From Escherichia phage nomo, in the sequence record MN850578.1: 64,000 nt of DNA; one strand, written 5' to 3'. Shown one piece after another: positions 48,428-57,463 of the stretch. Both the position numbers and the translations under genes were made by a program. The stretch's first letter is position 1; each line of letters opens with the position of its first letter. The notes under the pieces are model-generated. The model saw only the letters and a program-made list of their open reading frames with translations, ran no database searches and was not told the DNA's origin.

Positions 48428-48454
48428 AAAAAAAAAAAAAATTCTTCCGGGGTG

Positions 48455-48482
48455 TTGCAATCCGGTCCGGAATGTGGATAAT
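48455..48482 (+). promoter_or_regulatory. sigma70-like promoter
   Basis: TTGCAA, 16 bp, GATAAT; followed by hairpin ggggagacactcccc. Confidence 0.5.
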
Positions 48483-48541
48483 AACAATCAACGGGGAGAC
48501 ACTCCCCACCGCATAGACAAAGTTCCAAAAGGAGAAACAAA

Positions 48542-48742
48542 ATGAGCAACAATATCCGCGTTATTAACTTCAAAAAAGAAGAAAAAATTGCCGTGCTGAT
48601 TGACGGTCAAGAAATCTTTAAAGGTGATTATGAAGATCATCAAACGGCGATTAGTATCACTCGCGTGATTGGTTACCATAATTTTTACCCTCAAGGCGCT
48701 GAGGCAGCAGTAAAACGAATTAAAGAGATTGTAGGCCTGTAA
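48542..48742 (+). CDS. hypothetical protein
   Basis: RBS aaaaggag. Confidence 0.5.
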   Translation: MSNNIRVINFKKEEKIAVLIDGQEIFKGDYEDHQTAISITRVIGYHNFYPQGAEAAVKRIKEIVGL

Positions 48743-48744
48743 AA

Positions 48745-48790
48745 TTTATTTTTAGATGGCCTTGACTCCAGGGCCATCAATAAAGTAAAT
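48745..48790 (+). promoter_or_regulatory. repeated promoter/operator cassette, copy 3
   Basis: Same 46-bp cassette with one substitution in the -35 (TTGACT). Confidence 0.55.
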
Positions 48791-48833
48791 TTAAACCCTG
48801 TTAAAATAATCAGTGCAAAAAGGAGTAATGATC

Positions 48834-49133
48834 ATGTTTATCCAGGCTAATAATCTTTATTTCTTTGATGGTCAGATCGTAGACGGCGTGGAGGTGGAAA
48901 TCACCGGGTGCCCTGGCGGTCAGGTTATGACTTTTCGGAATAATGCCTTTGATGATTCTCATATCGTTATGAGAATGGAAGTTAGTAAGCTGGATGACAA
49001 GAAAACACTTATCGACTATTCCGTCAAAGATCATCCAGACTACCACATGATCTATGGTGATTTGTGCATTGTTGACCGTGACAAGGTGGGCGGCATTGTG
49101 ATCGCTATTGTGAACGATGTTTTCTCAAACTAA
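48834..49133 (+). CDS. hypothetical protein
   Basis: ATG 9 nt after aaaaggag. Confidence 0.5.
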   Translation: MFIQANNLYFFDGQIVDGVEVEITGCPGGQVMTFRNNAFDDSHIVMRMEVSKLDDKKTLIDYSVKDHPDYHMIYGDLCIVDRDKVGGIVIAIVNDVFSN

Positions 49134-49150
49134 TTTCAGCAGGTGATTTT

Positions 49151-49501
49151 ATGAAAGTAAAACTATATTACCTTAATGAGCTTAACCCCCTTGCCCAGGT
49201 CCGCGCCCTGGCTAATACCTTGATTTGTGAGAAATCTGTATATTGTGTTGAGCTTAACGCCATGCGTGAACGTCTCAAAGGTGGTTACTTTGACATCCAT
49301 GCTGCAATCAACGGCCTGAATATAGAATTTATCCGCTTACGTAACAGCCGCCAGAATCTGGCAAGAATGGAACAAGATCCGGCCCACCTTCGTAAGCTGG
49401 TTATTGAAAATCATCTGATGTTTAATGCCGATGGTGATTATTACCATTTTCACCGTAAACGCTGGTACCGTGGCGGCAATACAGGCAAGAATGCAAAATA
49501 A
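49151..49501 (+). CDS. hypothetical protein
   Basis: RBS aggtga. Confidence 0.5.
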   Translation: MKVKLYYLNELNPLAQVRALANTLICEKSVYCVELNAMRERLKGGYFDIHAAINGLNIEFIRLRNSRQNLARMEQDPAHLRKLVIENHLMFNADGDYYHFHRKRWYRGGNTGKNAK

Positions 49502-49538
49502 GGCCCCAGGCAGGGCCTGCAGCGATATAATCACATAA

Positions 49539-49570
49539 AGGCTATGCGGTTGCATGGCCTTTATTATTTT
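49539..49570 (+). terminator. rho-independent terminator
   Basis: aaggctatgc-ggtt-gcatggcctt then tattatttt. Confidence 0.55.
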
Positions 49571-49617
49571 AGCGTTACAGCGGCCCCAAGGCGCTTAAAA
49601 AATTTTTAAAGAAGTAC

Positions 49618-49645
49618 TTGCATCAAGTCCTACAATATGGATAAT
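49618..49645 (+). promoter_or_regulatory. sigma70-like promoter
   Basis: TTGCAT, 16 bp, GATAAT; followed by hairpin gggggcggccccc. Confidence 0.5.
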
Positions 49646-49702
49646 AGGACGTGTCAGGGGGGCGGCCCCCAATCATTAACCGGATAGATAGGAGTTAAAA
49701 TC

Positions 49703-49987
49703 ATGGCTATTGTCACCGTTGGCGATGTAGTGGAAATGGAAGCAAAATACTTAAAAGCGGGTATGCATATCCTACGGAATGATCAAGAATTGTTATTAAC
49801 GATGGTAGACTATAATCCCGGCCAGGATTATCCAAGCATCGACTACTTTTTTGAGTATGTTGATGAAGAATTGAAAGAGGATGAGGCTTATCAGGGTGAA
49901 TTCTGCAATTTCTTTTGCCCTGATGAGGTTGTAAAAGTTATCTATCAACCTGGAGTACCTTTCCCGCTGCACGCTATCAATAAATAA
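49703..49987 (+). CDS. hypothetical protein
   Basis: RBS ataggag. Confidence 0.5.
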   Translation: MAIVTVGDVVEMEAKYLKAGMHILRNDQELLLTMVDYNPGQDYPSIDYFFEYVDEELKEDEAYQGEFCNFFCPDEVVKVIYQPGVPFPLHAINK

Positions 49988-50041
49988 ACCTGGCGGGGCC
50001 GAAAAGGCCCCAATTATGAAAATAAAGAGAGGTAAATCATC

Positions 50042-50275
50042 ATGATGGAACAAATTAAACGCGCTGAGGCTATTAATGGCAATGTGATCTATTTTGTCAG
50101 CAAAAACGAAAAAGGCGTACCATATGCGGCGGTAATAGTACAACCTGACGGCGATTATTGGTTTACTGTATACGGATCTTATTCTTTCGGGCGTCCGGTT
50201 CATGATAGAATTTTGAAAGTAGCAAATCCGACCGGGAAAAATATCACAGCAGAAAAATTTTTTGAAAATAGTTGA
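50042..50275 (+). CDS. hypothetical protein
   Basis: RBS aagagagg; preceded by hairpin ggggccgaaaaggcccc. Confidence 0.5.
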   Translation: MMEQIKRAEAINGNVIYFVSKNEKGVPYAAVIVQPDGDYWFTVYGSYSFGRPVHDRILKVANPTGKNITAEKFFENS

Positions 50276-50299
50276 CATGACCATATAAGACTGTAATAT
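50272..50299 (+). promoter_or_regulatory. sigma70-like promoter
   Basis: TTGACA, 16 bp, TAATAT; followed by hairpin ggggggcaacaagcccc. Confidence 0.55.
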
Positions 50300-50351
50300 A
50301 TAAATCAAAGGGGGGCAACAAGCCCCACCAACCACAAAGAGGATAAAAATC

Positions 50352-50531
50352 ATGGCTATTATTGCAAAGACTGAGATCGTAGGCTTAGATTCTATTCTCC
50401 TCGCATATGAGGAAGCTATAGAAATGTATGTGGTTTCCTATGGTGAATATATCCGTGAATATAAATCTATTGATCTAGCTTTTGAATGTTATATTCGCCA
50501 GGTCAATAAAGCATATGATGATTATCGTTAA
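50352..50531 (+). CDS. small protein (59 aa)
   Basis: ATG after aaagagga; below track threshold. Confidence 0.45.
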   Translation: MAIIAKTEIVGLDSILLAYEEAIEMYVVSYGEYIREYKSIDLAFECYIRQVNKAYDDYR

Positions 50532-50613
50532 AATAGTTTGACAACAGTCAACAATCTGGTAAAGTGTACTACATAGCGCGGGAATACTTCCCGCCATTAA
50601 TGAGGGTAATTTA

Positions 50614-50751
50614 ATGAAAACTTTCAACGCAACAGCCTCGACAATTGGTTATATTATTACAGTACAAGCCGTGGATCTGGTAGCAGCAGCAAACAAGATT
50701 AAAAAGATGATTCCGCCAGGTAGTGAATTTTCCGTTTGGGAAGTAAAATAA
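50614..50751 (+). CDS. small protein (45 aa)
   Basis: ATG after gagggtaa; preceded by promoter-like TTGACA at 50538 and hairpin gcgggaatacttcccgc. Confidence 0.4.
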   Translation: MKTFNATASTIGYIITVQAVDLVAAANKIKKMIPPGSEFSVWEVK

Positions 50752-50754
50752 ATC

Positions 50755-50782
50755 TTGACAATAATTTATTACTTGATAGACT
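50755..50782 (+). promoter_or_regulatory. sigma70-like promoter
   Basis: TTGACA, 16 bp, TAGACT. Confidence 0.5.
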
Positions 50783-50834
50783 GTATTTCGTAGTGCGGGG
50801 CAATAAGGCAACGCCCATTAATGAGGGTAGAATC

Positions 50835-50939
50835 ATGTTAGAGAAAATTTTCACGGTTGTAGTAGTTGGCCTGGCATTATCGGTTGGATGGGTTGCAACT
50901 ATGGCTAACATGATCCTATCTTCCCACGGTATCGGTTAA
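50835..50939 (+). CDS. small hydrophobic peptide (34 aa)
   Basis: ATG after gagggtag; MLEKIFTVVVVGLALSVGWVATMANMILSSHGIG. Confidence 0.4.
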   Translation: MLEKIFTVVVVGLALSVGWVATMANMILSSHGIG

Positions 50940-50940
50940 A

Positions 50941-51165
50941 GTGAATCAAATGATCACGAATAAAACAGGTAAAACGGAATTCTTGCGCGGCTTGCAGGTC
51001 GGCAAGCCTGAGATCTGGCATTGCACTAAAACACCACGTGACGAAATGAAAGACTTCACCGCCACGCTGCAACGGGTAAAGATATCCATCACGCAGAAAA
51101 AGGCCTTGATAGTGGTGGAAGGTGAGATCCCTCAAACCGTTGTTATAGTTGAGCGTACAGCATAG
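50941..51165 (+). CDS. hypothetical protein
   Basis: ORF without clear RBS; start GTG 50941 or ATG 50950. Confidence 0.3.
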   Translation: MNQMITNKTGKTEFLRGLQVGKPEIWHCTKTPRDEMKDFTATLQRVKISITQKKALIVVEGEIPQTVVIVERTA

Positions 51166-51256
51166 TTTAATTTATACCGATACCCGAAAATTAACCAACA
51201 AAGCATAAACAGGCGGTTACCGCCGCCTTAAACGTAGCAGAAAGAGGATAGACACA

Positions 51257-51541
51257 ATGAAAAAGATGATCGCAGTGGTTGCCCTGGTTGTTGGACTTAA
51301 TGCGCCTGTAATGGCTAAAGAGCTGGCAAAAGAGGTTAATCTAACGGATATCCATGCCGTCAATCAAATCGGGGTTACTTATCGCTTATGCCTTGCCGCT
51401 AAAACTTTTAATGACGGTACAACAGAGTACTACGGATTCGAGGGTATCCGGTGCGGTGAGCTTGCTCGCGACCTTAAGGAAGATCCAGACCTGGAGGATC
51501 TACCCATAACCGTGAACGGTAAAGCTTACTTTAACCGTTAA
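51257..51541 (+). CDS. hypothetical secreted protein
   Basis: RBS aaagagga; signal-peptide-like MKKMIAVVALVVGLNAPVMA. Confidence 0.55.
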   Translation: MKKMIAVVALVVGLNAPVMAKELAKEVNLTDIHAVNQIGVTYRLCLAAKTFNDGTTEYYGFEGIRCGELARDLKEDPDLEDLPITVNGKAYFNR

Positions 51542-51690
51542 CCGTGAAAAAGATAATCATTACCTTGGGGATTGTGGCGGGATCGCTGGCGCTCTTTCCC
51601 CTTATGGTTAGATATGTGCTGATCAGTATTGTCCTGGTGGTCAGTGATCTACTAGAAACGGTTGGCACCTTGTTTTAAAGAGCGATAAAA

Positions 51691-51882
51691 ATGAATGTTG
51701 AACAAGTTAGAAAGGTATTGGCGGTACTGCGTTATCATAATCATTGCAAGGTGAAGAATGATCCTGATTATCTTGATTCATCCCTTGAAGAGGATACACT
51801 ACAAGCCATAAGCAACATGCAAGAATTGCTTAAGCGTATGACAGAGAAAAACCGACCGGACTACATAGGGGGTAAAATATGA
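51691..51882 (+). CDS. hypothetical protein
   Basis: RBS aaagag. Confidence 0.45.
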   Translation: MNVEQVRKVLAVLRYHNHCKVKNDPDYLDSSLEEDTLQAISNMQELLKRMTEKNRPDYIGGKI

Positions 51883-52190
51883 TCGCTATTACGCCAACCG
51901 TTTTAGATTGGTATCGGCAACGCATAGCGCCTCCGCTGGCTATCTTCAAAGATGCGGAAGCAAAACAACGCCGGATCTCAATACATGAGATCATCAACCT
52001 TAACGCTGGAGGCACACCATACCGCCCAGGACCTGGCCGTGAGATGGACAATACGTTAGCGATCCTGAAGATACGCCGTAAACGGTCCTCCCTTACGCTG
52101 GACTCATTACACACAATGCAGCCTCCGTTCCAGGTGACCGGGAAACGGATCGCCAGGTCCTGGACAAAGGCCAATGATCGGACCGTATAA
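51879..52190 (+). CDS. hypothetical protein
   Basis: ATGA overlap; RBS aggggggt. Confidence 0.45.
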   Translation: MIAITPTVLDWYRQRIAPPLAIFKDAEAKQRRISIHEIINLNAGGTPYRPGPGREMDNTLAILKIRRKRSSLTLDSLHTMQPPFQVTGKRIARSWTKANDRTV

Positions 52191-52270
52191 ATAAAAGTGT
52201 TTTGGTACTGATTTTGGGGTTGACTTGTTCGGCCCCTTTTGCTATTCTTATTAAACGGGCGGCACTTGGG

Positions 52271-52299
52271 AACAGGGGGAGACAATCACCAGGCCTGCC
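52271..52299 (-). repeat. conserved motif, inverted copy
   Basis: Reverse complement reads ggcaggcctggtgattgtctccccctgtt, matching 42644-42677. Confidence 0.6.
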
Positions 52300-52324
52300 T
52301 GTCATATAAGAACTATAAAAACCG

Positions 52325-52353
52325 TTGACATCTGCCATGGGGTGAGGTAACAT
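52325..52353 (+). promoter_or_regulatory. sigma70-like promoter
   Basis: TTGACA, 17 bp, TAACAT; followed by hairpin gggcaaaagtgccc. Confidence 0.5.
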
Positions 52354-52407
52354 TTATCTTGAAGGGGCAAAAGTGCCCACACAACAACCAGAAGAGAGGA
52401 AAACATT

Positions 52408-52680
52408 ATGTCAAGCTGGATTAATCAAGAAGTCGAATCACGTTTTAATGCTATTTGGGATCTCATCGAAAAAGAGGACGGAACATCAAGCCCTTATCTC
52501 AATAATCTTGAATTCCATTTCGTGGAAGCGATGAACGCAGAACATGATCACGAAGGTGGTGCGGATGAGTTCGCTAAAGGGTATGGCTTCAACAATGCCA
52601 ACGAAATGATCGAGGCGGTTGTACTCCAGGCTGAGGAAGATTATCAATTAAAAACGCTTGAATTCTGCCGCCGTAAGTAA
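52408..52680 (+). CDS. hypothetical protein
   Basis: RBS agagagga. Confidence 0.5.
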   Translation: MSSWINQEVESRFNAIWDLIEKEDGTSSPYLNNLEFHFVEAMNAEHDHEGGADEFAKGYGFNNANEMIEAVVLQAEEDYQLKTLEFCRRK

Positions 52681-52742
52681 TAAGATAATGACACGGGCCA
52701 AAAGGCCCACTAAACAAAAACCACATAAAGAGGAAAAACATC

Positions 52743-53006
52743 ATGAAACGTCTTGACCAGCTCAAACTAGTTCAATATATGGCTTATCGTGTTCTGGAAG
52801 TCCAGAAAGGTAGCAAAAAAGAGGTTTGCGAGAAAGCTTATAAGATCTTTACCCGCAAAAAAGATGACTGGATGCTACGCCAGACCAAAAAGGCTGACAT
52901 CTTGGGGTACCTGGAAGAAGAGATCCGACTTGAAGAACAAGAAGAGATCCGCCGTAGTGAGGCAGATTATCAGGCAGCTTGGGAAAACTGGATGAGCAAC
53001 AAATAA
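52743..53006 (+). CDS. hypothetical protein
   Basis: RBS aaagagga; preceded by hairpin gggccaaaaggccc. Confidence 0.55.
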   Translation: MKRLDQLKLVQYMAYRVLEVQKGSKKEVCEKAYKIFTRKKDDWMLRQTKKADILGYLEEEIRLEEQEEIRRSEADYQAAWENWMSNK

Positions 53007-53025
53007 TACAACAAGATGAACGGTC

Positions 53026-53050
53026 AGGGGCTTAAAGCCCCTTTCTTTTT
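53026..53050 (+). terminator. rho-independent terminator ending the plus-strand early block
   Basis: aggggc-ttaa-agcccct then ttctttttg. Confidence 0.7.
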
Positions 53051-55500
53051 GTCTTCTCTTTTCCTACCATAAACGGCCCTACCTGGCAAGTGGAATAATT
53101 GACGAGCCATCAATCCCACACACTGTACAAATATACATGGAAAATAACTATTGCATAATTTTTCATTGTGTGGTAGCAAGGCCATTTTTACACGTTTTTC
53201 CTTCCAAAATTGCACGTAATGCAGCATTTGCACAAAATTTAACCTGATGCATATCTTCAATAGCTTGTCAACAACTAAAAATCTTTATAAGTCATACACT
53301 TACATAACTACAAAAACGTTTTCTACGTGAAAAATCGAGTATAACTATAGCCGCCAGATCTCAGAATTTACGTACGCTCGCCATTCTATAGCCTGCTAAG
53401 CATTTATTCCAACCATAGAATAACTGAATAGTCAATACCTGCATAAAATAATTATTCGTGTAAACTGCATAACATAAATCGGCCCAGGTGTCAACATTTT
53501 TCGTAAACAGTCTGGAATTGTCACGTTAGGTTACCATAAGTAGAGAAATCTTTAGTCGTCTAATGTTTACTGTACGTTACTATATTAACTGAAATCATTA
53601 GATGACTAATAGAAAGATAAGAAATAATTAACAATACAATTATTTTATCTGTAACAATAAGGCAACTATGCAAACGAATGGCATGGCGCGACGGAGTCGC
53701 GACATAATATAAAAGCAGTAACCATCACCCCCGTGATAGTTTGTCTGCAAACTATTAATCAGATCATAGTTGCCTTGTATTTAGTTAATCATGACATAAC
53801 AAGCAAGGCAACTATAGATCTGCTAATAGTTGCCCTGCTTTTATATTATGTCATGCTAATTATAATCAGTGCGATTATTGTCATGTATAATTATTGTCAT
53901 GCAAACGAATGGCATGGCTGATTATCGGTGTGTAAACAGTCAATCATGTAAATGGTTAGCATGTGAACAATCAGGAATGTAAACAATCCAGTGTGTAAAC
54001 TAATAGGTGTGTAAAAGTGTCATGTTGTGTCAGTTAGGTCACATTATGTCAGACAAGTTTTTCTCCTCTTTGTCAAGTGCTGCATGAAAAATTTACAAGC
54101 TTGTATGGTAGCATTTTTGCGGCCCTGTTTACATTCAGGAGTGTATGTATAATCCTTGTTGTGTGGGCGTTTAGACGTCTGGACGGTCAGAAGTCTGCAG
54201 GTCAATATCTAATCTATTGGCTGCTAACTATATCCCCCACAAATAATAAGAAATATAATTGTTATGTGCGTAAACAGTAACCCATGTTATCAATCCCTGT
54301 ATGTATCGCCAGTTGTGCGCATAATGGGTATTATGTTAAATTGCCCGTAATGATAACTATTCTCACAATGATAGGTATTCTCATTCACCCCCACAAGATA
54401 GGTTGCAAATGTTGTGCCACTGTGTGAACGGCCTCACCTATTAATTTGCCTCACTGCCTCGATATTTGAGAATTGTTATAAGAATGAGAAGTATTCCCAT
54501 TCCGTCCGCCTGGCAGCACTCCAGTCGCTACGGCTCCTGACAGGGCAGCACTCCTGTAGGTCAGGTCAAAATCGTGGTAGAACTGGACCTGTTCGGATAT
54601 TTCTGGCTGACTCTTCAGGTCTGTGTGGGAAAAGCCAACCCCTCCGGCGGGGCAGGGGATATCTGCAGGAAAATTGCAGGTCAATTAAAAATTTACGTGG
54701 TGTATGAAGCGCTCTTCAGGCAAGGCATGTATTAGAGGATGAAACCCTCTTCAGGCAATGATATTTGTGGGTGGGATATTTGCTGGAAAGCCAGATATGA
54801 CGGGACTCCCGGCGGGGCAGGGGTAGTACAGACAGGGAAAATATGAGGATGTAATTGGGGAAATTGATCAGACAGGTAGAGTATGGAATATGTTACAGGT
54901 ATGTTAAATATGGAGGTTGAATATCTGTAGGATTTGTGTGTAAAATCAAAGACTTAAGGGGTGTTGTGGTATTTTCTATAAATAATTCAAGTTTAATAGG
55001 CAATATTTGTCTCTATCCGCTTTGTGTGGTAAACAGATTCAGATGAAATTGGTTTACAAGTGTATACATAATATACAAATTAAAGATACAAGAAACCCCC
55101 CTCCCCCCTCGGCTACCATTCACCTTTTCCTCTGACTGGTACTTAAACACTTATTCAGACTCTTCAGGTTATCACCCATATATCATATGGCAGTGACTGG
55201 TGTCCTCCGGCCCCTCTTTCGTCACCCGTCCGCTTCGCCATGCTAATGCCATAGCCAATGGTTCGGTTGTTCACCCTGTTCACTCAGGTGTATCTCCATA
55301 CCCCTTCAAACCGAAGAGAACAGAAAACCCGAATTACTCGGTAAAAGAAAAGAGAAGAACTTAATTTTATCAGGATAGGCAAGAATGTCAAGGCATGACT
55401 GCTCACTAAACAAGCAAACAGTCATGTGTGGAAGGTAAGTGATTGTGGTGGTGGGAAATTTAGTTGAAAGATGTGTTATAGGTGCGCTTCCAGCACTTTA
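53051..55500. repeat. 2.4-kb non-coding, AT-rich, repeat-dense region between convergent gene blocks
   Basis: No ORF with RBS; contains palindrome ggcaactatagatctgctaatagttgcc (53797-53824), inverted ggcaactat copies, direct repeats gcaaacgaatggcatgg (53660, 53891), GTAAACAG-type repeats, about 75-bp imperfect direct repeats with ccggcggggcagggg (54643, 54799) and ctcttcagg (x4). Confidence 0.7.
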
Positions 55501-55520
55501 GCCTGGCAGCTAATTGTGTG

Positions 55521-55736
55521 TCAGTCCAGCGGTTCATCCTCTACTTCACTGAAATCAATGTTCATGGTCTCTTCCCAACCATCGATCTCAGCACAAGAGT
55601 GGAGTTCTTTAGGGTTTACTCCCAAAGCCTCAGCAACAGAGTCTATATTTAACACCTCTGGTAGGTATGATTCATCGAATTCAAGGTAAATCAGGCCACG
55701 AGTGTTGTCAGCCCCACCAAATATTTCTATCTTCAT
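55521..55736 (-). CDS. hypothetical acidic protein
   Basis: RBS gaggag. Confidence 0.5.
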   Translation of the reverse strand: MKIEIFGGADNTRGLIYLEFDESYLPEVLNIDSVAEALGVNPKELHSCAEIDGWEETMNIDFSEVEDEPLD

Positions 55737-55857
55737 GAAATCTCCTCTGGAAATGAGAGTGTGAACAGGGTTTTATACGTTCCAATGCACAAGAATTATA
55801 CACGTTTGCCTCTTCAGGCCATGCTTTAGCATGAGGAACCTGTGTGGGCTCGGTGCT

Positions 55858-56274
55858 TCATAGTCTACCACCTCTGAACTCTTCGTGCTCAGGCATAATA
55901 GAGAACCAGATATCTACGATGTCTCCCCACGTCAGGTCATCAGCCTCAGGATCTATCTGGGACGAAGATGAAGAGTCATCAGAATCTAAGTTTTCCTCTT
56001 TCACTGGCTCAGCCAATGGACAACATATGGTCACTCCTTCAGATGTCTCTTCAGATGCATGCGTGTTGATCATGTTCCACCCGTGAGTATTCCGGCAACA
56101 GCCGCTATGGACGTAATGATCATCAGGATCACCACTAAAACTTCGGACAATGTTCTCATTGTGTATCCCATATTCTCCAAACGATGTGTGGATACTATCA
56201 CTGGAACGGTAATGTGTCAACAGAAACGCCGCGAGGGTTTGGTTAAAATCCGAGCGTATGGTGATTTGGGTCAA
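55858..56274 (-). CDS. hypothetical protein (doubtful start)
   Basis: 138-aa ORF, TTG start only, no SD. Confidence 0.3.
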   Translation of the reverse strand: MTQITIRSDFNQTLAAFLLTHYRSSDSIHTSFGEYGIHNENIVRSFSGDPDDHYVHSGCCRNTHGWNMINTHASEETSEGVTICCPLAEPVKEENLDSDDSSSSSQIDPEADDLTWGDIVDIWFSIMPEHEEFRGGRL

Positions 56275-56433
56275 AACGGACGTGCGTTCTCGCTACGCTC
56301 GAAAGAGAGATTTGTTTGTAGGAAGCTCTTAAACGCTCTGTAATGAGATTATCTGTCCAAGGTATGCAATCGTGCACCAGATAAAGAAAAGGACGCCACA
56401 GAGCGTCCTAGGTGTCTTAAATTTGATATTTTG

Positions 56434-56733
56434 TTATACCCATGAGGGTTTATCAAGGTTGGAGTAGCTGAAAGGTGTCAAAAGGTGATTGTCAAAATCT
56501 CTCAAACTATCCAGATCTTTCTCCTCGTCCTGACACCATCTGTGCCTACATTTATTGTTGTAGTGCATAGAATGCATAGCGTTCTGCAACTTAACAGGTA
56601 CAAGTGATTCAGGAGTAGATAGTATTGTTGGGTATGCCAGAACCACCTCAAACAGTGGAAACACATCGAAACTAAAGTCTACCTCTGCAGAGGTTGATGG
56701 CATATAGGAGTATTTAGCCGCCTTTGTAGACAT
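56434..56733 (-). CDS. hypothetical protein
   Basis: Start moved to ATG (MSTKAAK..) after gaggtgg. Confidence 0.45.
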   Translation of the reverse strand: MSTKAAKYSYMPSTSAEVDFSFDVFPLFEVVLAYPTILSTPESLVPVKLQNAMHSMHYNNKCRHRWCQDEEKDLDSLRDFDNHLLTPFSYSNLDKPSWV

Positions 56734-56741
56734 AATCCACC

Positions 56742-57074
56742 TCACACAGGTTTGATAATACCTTCACCGAATAGCTCTTCGTATCTAATCTTGTCCGGAT
56801 CCCACTCCTGGATAATTTCGAAGACAATATCCAACCCAGGAACAATCACTTCTCCAGTGTCAAGCTTAGCAAGAACAAAACCTGAAGGTTGAATGGTTTC
56901 CCAGTTACGGCGATCAGAATAAAATACTTCGAAAATATCACCAACCTCAATCCGTTTCTGTTGCTCAAGATGCTCAAGGTTCTCTTTCATACGGATGCAG
57001 CGTATTTTTCGTGCAGGCCATAGACCACCTGCATCACGTTCATTCAATTCTTTTACAGTGATCGGTATACCCAT
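56742..57074 (-). CDS. hypothetical protein
   Basis: RBS aaggag. Confidence 0.5.
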   Translation of the reverse strand: MGIPITVKELNERDAGGLWPARKIRCIRMKENLEHLEQQKRIEVGDIFEVFYSDRRNWETIQPSGFVLAKLDTGEVIVPGLDIVFEIIQEWDPDKIRYEELFGEGIIKPV

Positions 57075-57129
57075 CTCAAATCTCCTTCATAGATAGTAAA
57101 AAGAGGGGCCCAAGCCCCTCTCTTTGTCA

Positions 57130-57435
57130 TTATTCTACAGAGCGTTTGAACAGAATGTCTGCCTCGGACATGTGCTCAACCTCTTCTTCGATTTTAGCTC
57201 GACGTTTTTCAGCCTCATAGCGAATATCGAACTCGGTAGCCACCAGAGATTTGATGAATTTAGGAGAATACAGGTGATCCTGCTTCTCAACGAGAATGAT
57301 ATCCTTAATGGCATCTTTCAGATCTTTAATCTGAAGTTGGAGTTCCACCAGTTCTTCGATTGTCTTGCGAAGGCGATCACGCTCTGCAGTGTCAGAAGGA
57401 AGAGAGGTGAACAGTTCAACTTTAGATTTAGCCAT
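57130..57435 (-). CDS. hypothetical coiled-coil protein
   Basis: RBS aaggag; plus-strand overlapping ORF rejected. Confidence 0.5.
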   Translation of the reverse strand: MAKSKVELFTSLPSDTAERDRLRKTIEELVELQLQIKDLKDAIKDIILVEKQDHLYSPKFIKSLVATEFDIRYEAEKRRAKIEEEVEHMSEADILFKRSVE

Positions 57436-57463
57436 AGTAAGAGTCTCCTTATGTTGTTTTAAA

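Noticed and set aside
44388-48790. Repeated 46-bp cassettes as a CRISPR array
   Set aside because: Spacing is irregular (0.6 to 3.7 kb), intervening sequence is protein-coding, and each copy contains promoter elements.
53733-54707. Track ORFs inside the 2.4-kb repeat region (53733-53921, 54077-54280, 54414-54707, 54451-54684)
   Set aside because: No SD motif, mutually overlapping on both strands, and composed of repeat sequence; treated as non-coding.
57124-57462. Plus-strand ORF 57124-57462 overlapping minus gene 57130-57435
   Set aside because: The minus-strand frame has an AAGGAG RBS and fits the operon orientation; the plus frame has none.
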